NCBI GenBank assembly: GCA_001789725.1
Contig: MGAM01000015.1
Span: 12,470-76,469 of the forward strand
DNA length: 64,000 nt
Direction of reading: 5' to 3'
DNA from: Candidatus Roizmanbacteria bacterium RIFCSPLOWO2_01_FULL_39_19
GTDB taxonomy: Bacteria; Patescibacteriota; Microgenomatia; UBA1406; HO2-37-13b
In this document: piece by piece, positions 61,119 through 64,000 of the stretch
How positions within the stretch are numbered: position 1 is the stretch's first letter
How the letters are laid out: every line of letters starts with the position of its first letter
Translations under genes and position numbers: made by a program
The notes under the pieces: generated by a model
Databases searched by the model: none
Seen by the model: only the letters and a program-made list of their open reading frames with translations
Told to the model about the DNA's origin: nothing

Positions 61119-63350
61119 TTATAGCTTAATAAAGAAGACTCTATCAGATAACAGGACTGTATTGTATAGTAGTTGGCGATCTTTTTCAACGGGAGCAAAG
61201 TTCTGCGGTCTTAGATGATAAGAAGATTTGTTTGTGTCAAACGCTAAGCTCATTTCGTTGTTAATAGAACCTATCTGTTTTTGCACGACCAACTGATAGC
61301 TGTCAACAAAATCGGGCACATCAAGATTGTAGATGATTTTTATTGTTGTACTTTGCTGCGGAGGAACAGTAATAAACTGTGAAATTGTTTTAAAGCCTTT
61401 ATCAGAGGATACAGAAAATGTTGACGATGGGGTGTCGTTAACATCAACTCCAACATTTTGGCCACTAGCAGGAATATATAACCGGAAATAATTTTTGTAT
61501 TCTCCCCCGGGGAATGAGCCGTTGGGTGATTGATTTGTGAAAATAATTAAAACCTGACTTTTTAAGATCTTTTTTGAGACAAAATTGCTTGTTATATTAA
61601 ATTGGCGGGTAACATAATAGTTTGATTTATTAACTCCCAAATTAGCGTCAATTGCCGATACATAATTAACAAGACAATTCTTACCTTCCAAACACTGCGG
61701 AACCGTTAAATTACCTCCCCAACCATTCCGTTTAAAAAAAATATTAACTCGATTGTCAGCAATATTAAAAACAATATGTTTTTCGGCTAAAGATTTACCC
61801 AACCCTTCTCCCAACTTAGTTAAAGATGCCTTGTCAGACGAGAGAATTAATGCCTGCATAATCGAGCCAAGATAATTTTTTTTCTTTTTCGACCCCTCAA
61901 AATGATTGCTCTCAACCTCAGTTTGTGTCTTTAAAAAGAAGTTTTCTTGAGTTATGGTTTCATTGTAGTCAGACAGATAAACAGGGGGGAATGAAGACAA
62001 AATATTTGACAACGCGCTTGTTGTGATTCCAATATAACCGCTCACGTCCTGTCTTTGACCAAATATTTTCTCCAGGAAAGACTTAGCCACTTCTGAGTTA
62101 ACTGTAAAATCGGGGGAGAAATTGGAATCTCTTGTAAACCAATGAGGCTGATTTAAATAAATCCTTAGTGGCCCGGGTGGTTCAATATGGCCTTTAAGCT
62201 GGCCATCAATGTCATATATATCAAAAAGCTCCAAACTTTGAAGATGATAATTCTTGAGTGTCAAAGTTGCATATGATCCTAAGAATCCTCCCCCCGGGCG
62301 AAGTTCCATATTATTATAAAAAAAAATGAGATATTTCTTCTCACCATCTCTCCCCAGAAATTGGGGGGCTATGTCAATAAAATCGCGTACTTGGCTCAAT
62401 ATTTTTGAATATTTTTCCAATTTTTCAATATCGGTCTGTTTTATGATCGGGATCAAGCTAAGCTTGCCTGAGAGAACTTTTGAGTTTTTTTCTAGTTGCA
62501 AAGATTTATCTTTAAGAATTTTTAGACGAAGCGAAATTTCGCCTTTGTCTGACGGGACGGGTTCTTTATGAGTAATAAGAGCGACAAGTTGATGGGCATT
62601 TTCTGTTGAAGAGAGCGTTAGTTCAAGTGTAGTCGTTGAAATATCAACAGCATTAATGATGTTTTCAACTGTTGGAGCAATGTATAAAAAGCCTAAAAGT
62701 GGTCTTGCAATAAAATATAGAATATGGGTGCCAAATGACACCTGTTTTGCGTGCGCTACTGCATTCTTACTTTCAATAATTTTGCCAGTTTTGAATAAAT
62801 GACCTGCTTGGGATAGAAAAATGATTGAAATGCTAAGTGGTAACAAAAATAGTAATTGAGACAACAAAAAAACCACTAGTATGTGACGTTTTTTTAATTT
62901 AAACTGATTGGGCTTAACAATTGGCTTTAATGTCTCTTCAGGAGTCGATTTTAATGTTCTTATAAATATAGTTGGTTCTTCTCCCTTTGATAGTGCAAAC
63001 CATATAATTTTTTCAACAATTTCCTCATTATCAGTGTCTGAATCAAGATATATCAACTGAGTTTGTTCCCTATATTTTGCAAGAAAAGAGTTCCCCTTAT
63101 TTAGTGACTCTCTTGAGTGATTGGTGAATATCAGGTGAATTTGAACGTTCGGGCTTGGTTTAATATTAAGATTTTGTGTGGATGGGTCGACAACAAAAAT
63201 ATTTGTAGTCTGTGTCTCTTTTGCTTCAGTCTCAATGGAAATATTATGCTTTCTGGCATATTTAATAAGAGACCGTGCTATAAAAGAGGTTGTGTGACCA
63301 AGCAAAAAAAAATATTTTTTTGATGCAACAAAGTCCGCAGTTAATTTCAT
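61119..63350 (-). CDS. DUF4012 domain membrane-anchored protein
   Basis: 743 aa with a TM near residue 160 and the FFYNNMELRPGGGFLGSYATLTL motif typical of DUF4012. Confidence 0.65.
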   Translation of the reverse strand: MKLTADFVASKKYFFLLGHTTSFIARSLIKYARKHNISIETEAKETQTTNIFVVDPSTQNLNIKPSPNVQIHLIFTNHSRESLNKGNSFLAKYREQTQLIYLDSDTDNEEIVEKIIWFALSKGEEPTIFIRTLKSTPEETLKPIVKPNQFKLKKRHILVVFLLSQLLFLLPLSISIIFLSQAGHLFKTGKIIESKNAVAHAKQVSFGTHILYFIARPLLGFLYIAPTVENIINAVDISTTTLELTLSSTENAHQLVALITHKEPVPSDKGEISLRLKILKDKSLQLEKNSKVLSGKLSLIPIIKQTDIEKLEKYSKILSQVRDFIDIAPQFLGRDGEKKYLIFFYNNMELRPGGGFLGSYATLTLKNYHLQSLELFDIYDIDGQLKGHIEPPGPLRIYLNQPHWFTRDSNFSPDFTVNSEVAKSFLEKIFGQRQDVSGYIGITTSALSNILSSFPPVYLSDYNETITQENFFLKTQTEVESNHFEGSKKKKNYLGSIMQALILSSDKASLTKLGEGLGKSLAEKHIVFNIADNRVNIFFKRNGWGGNLTVPQCLEGKNCLVNYVSAIDANLGVNKSNYYVTRQFNITSNFVSKKILKSQVLIIFTNQSPNGSFPGGEYKNYFRLYIPASGQNVGVDVNDTPSSTFSVSSDKGFKTISQFITVPPQQSTTIKIIYNLDVPDFVDSYQLVVQKQIGSINNEMSLAFDTNKSSYHLRPQNFAPVEKDRQLLYNTVLLSDRVFFIKL

Positions 63351-63435
63351 GCAATAATTATAGAAGTAACAACCTCAGGTACGATTAAGCTTTCCCAGAT
63401 TACAATGGGGATCCCCATGTTTATATCATTGTTAA

Positions 63436-63579
63436 TCAGGCTCTGCCTATTTTGAACATACTTGTTCCGCAAACGGGACAAGTCGCCTTCATTGCTGGTT
63501 TACCATTCTTCATGGTGACAGCTTGTGGATTGTCGACGTCTCTTTTTGCTCTGCATTTGACGCAATACATTGATGCCAT
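63436..63579 (-). CDS. Small zinc-ribbon protein (DUF5679-like, 47 aa)
   Basis: My translation is MASMYCVKCRAKRDVDNPQAVTMKNGKPAMKATCPVCGTSMFKIGRA. A strong SD (AGGAGGTG) lies upstream. It is below the ORF-track cutoff. Confidence 0.6.
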   Translation of the reverse strand: MASMYCVKCRAKRDVDNPQAVTMKNGKPAMKATCPVCGTSMFKIGRA

Positions 63580-63627
63580 GTAATGTGTCACCTCCTTTCT
63601 TAAATTTTAAGCCTCATTGAGGCTAAC

Positions 63628-63873
63628 TCACTTAAGAGTAGCATAAAAGATAGTAAATTCAAGTGCAAATATAGAAGCAACTATAAGAAGTGTTTTAATT
63701 AGGTCTTTCTTTGTAGCTACTGTAGTTAACCGCTCTTGAGGATCTTGAAGGACAGGTTTAACTTGTATAGTGGCCTGTTTTCGATTTTCAAGTGGTTCGA
63801 CAGATATATGTATTTGGCGATTTTTTCTAATTCTATCGGCTCTGATTTTTTGGGCCTTACTTTTCCGGGGCAT
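63628..63873 (-). CDS. Hypothetical tail-anchored small protein
   Basis: Basic N-terminus and a C-terminal TM (LLIVASIFALEFTIFYATL). Confidence 0.4.
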   Translation of the reverse strand: MPRKSKAQKIRADRIRKNRQIHISVEPLENRKQATIQVKPVLQDPQERLTTVATKKDLIKTLLIVASIFALEFTIFYATLK

Positions 63874-63930
63874 ACATATTTAATTATACGATATTGACAC
63901 CGACAAATCCAATTGAGTAAACTCTTCCTT

Positions 63931-64000
63931 ATGGATAAAAAAATAGTTGCAATTTGTGCGGTTCTGCTTTTCGGAGTATCTTTTTATGCGACCCAATCGC
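63931..64000 (+). CDS. Start of a secreted/membrane protein (runs off the right edge)
   Basis: MDKKIVAICAVLLFGVSFYATQS is signal-peptide-like. Confidence 0.35.
   Translation, partial: MDKKIVAICAVLLFGVSFYATQS

Noticed and set aside
1-64000. Scanned for CRISPR arrays, cas genes, transposases/IS ends, reverse transcriptases and 16S/23S rRNA.
   Set aside because: I saw no regularly spaced direct repeats and no such genes. The only repeats found are the 73-bp tmRNA-derived pair and the 30-bp phased triple repeat.

Overview
AT-rich chromosomal segment. By eye it is roughly 35-40% GC, with a few visibly GC-richer patches. Gene content looks like a small-genome Patescibacteria/CPR-type bacterium. 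That placement is an inference from a DUF4012 protein, T4SS-pilin-like proteins, an orphan 5S rRNA, a class II RNR, many small membrane proteins and tightly packed or overlapping genes.

The window spans the replication origin: three perfect DnaA boxes, dnaA and dnaN. It also carries these housekeeping genes:
- recA-recX, rny, hup, smpB-ssrA, yidD, trmD, rpsA, 5S rRNA, gap, rplY
- trxA, trxB and the nrdR-nrdJ-pduO(ATR) operon
- comFC, comM, and tRNA-Ala(GGC) and tRNA-Pro(GGG)

The most interesting items are:
1. A ~6.7-kb island sits in the 3' end of the tmRNA gene, bounded by a 73-bp imperfect direct repeat. It carries a large serine recombinase that reads antisense through the tmRNA 3' end, and a TerS-like protein. 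Its cargo is AlaX-like, DUF2000, Fic, a serine hydrolase and a small Cys protein.
2. A protein-only RNase P candidate (HARP / PIN_5 family) is present.
3. A ~270-nt highly structured RNA is driven by a perfect TTGACA-16-TATAAT promoter upstream of a GT2 glycosyltransferase. I could not assign its class.
4. A structured, GC-richer leader lies downstream of the B12 operon. It resembles the 3' half of a cobalamin riboswitch.
5. An attenuator-like hairpin set lies at 904-1007.
6. The smpB stop codon lies inside the tmRNA 5' acceptor strand.
7. Scattered type-IV-secretion-like genes are present: VirB4-like, PrgI-like, two pilin-like and a partial TraG-like gene.
8. A 1225-aa Cys-rich surface giant is encoded at 51106-54783.
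9. An M23 peptidase has an apparently circularly permuted catalytic domain.

No CRISPR array, 16S/23S rRNA or transposase was seen. All functional calls come from reading the translations and from motif memory. No searches were run.
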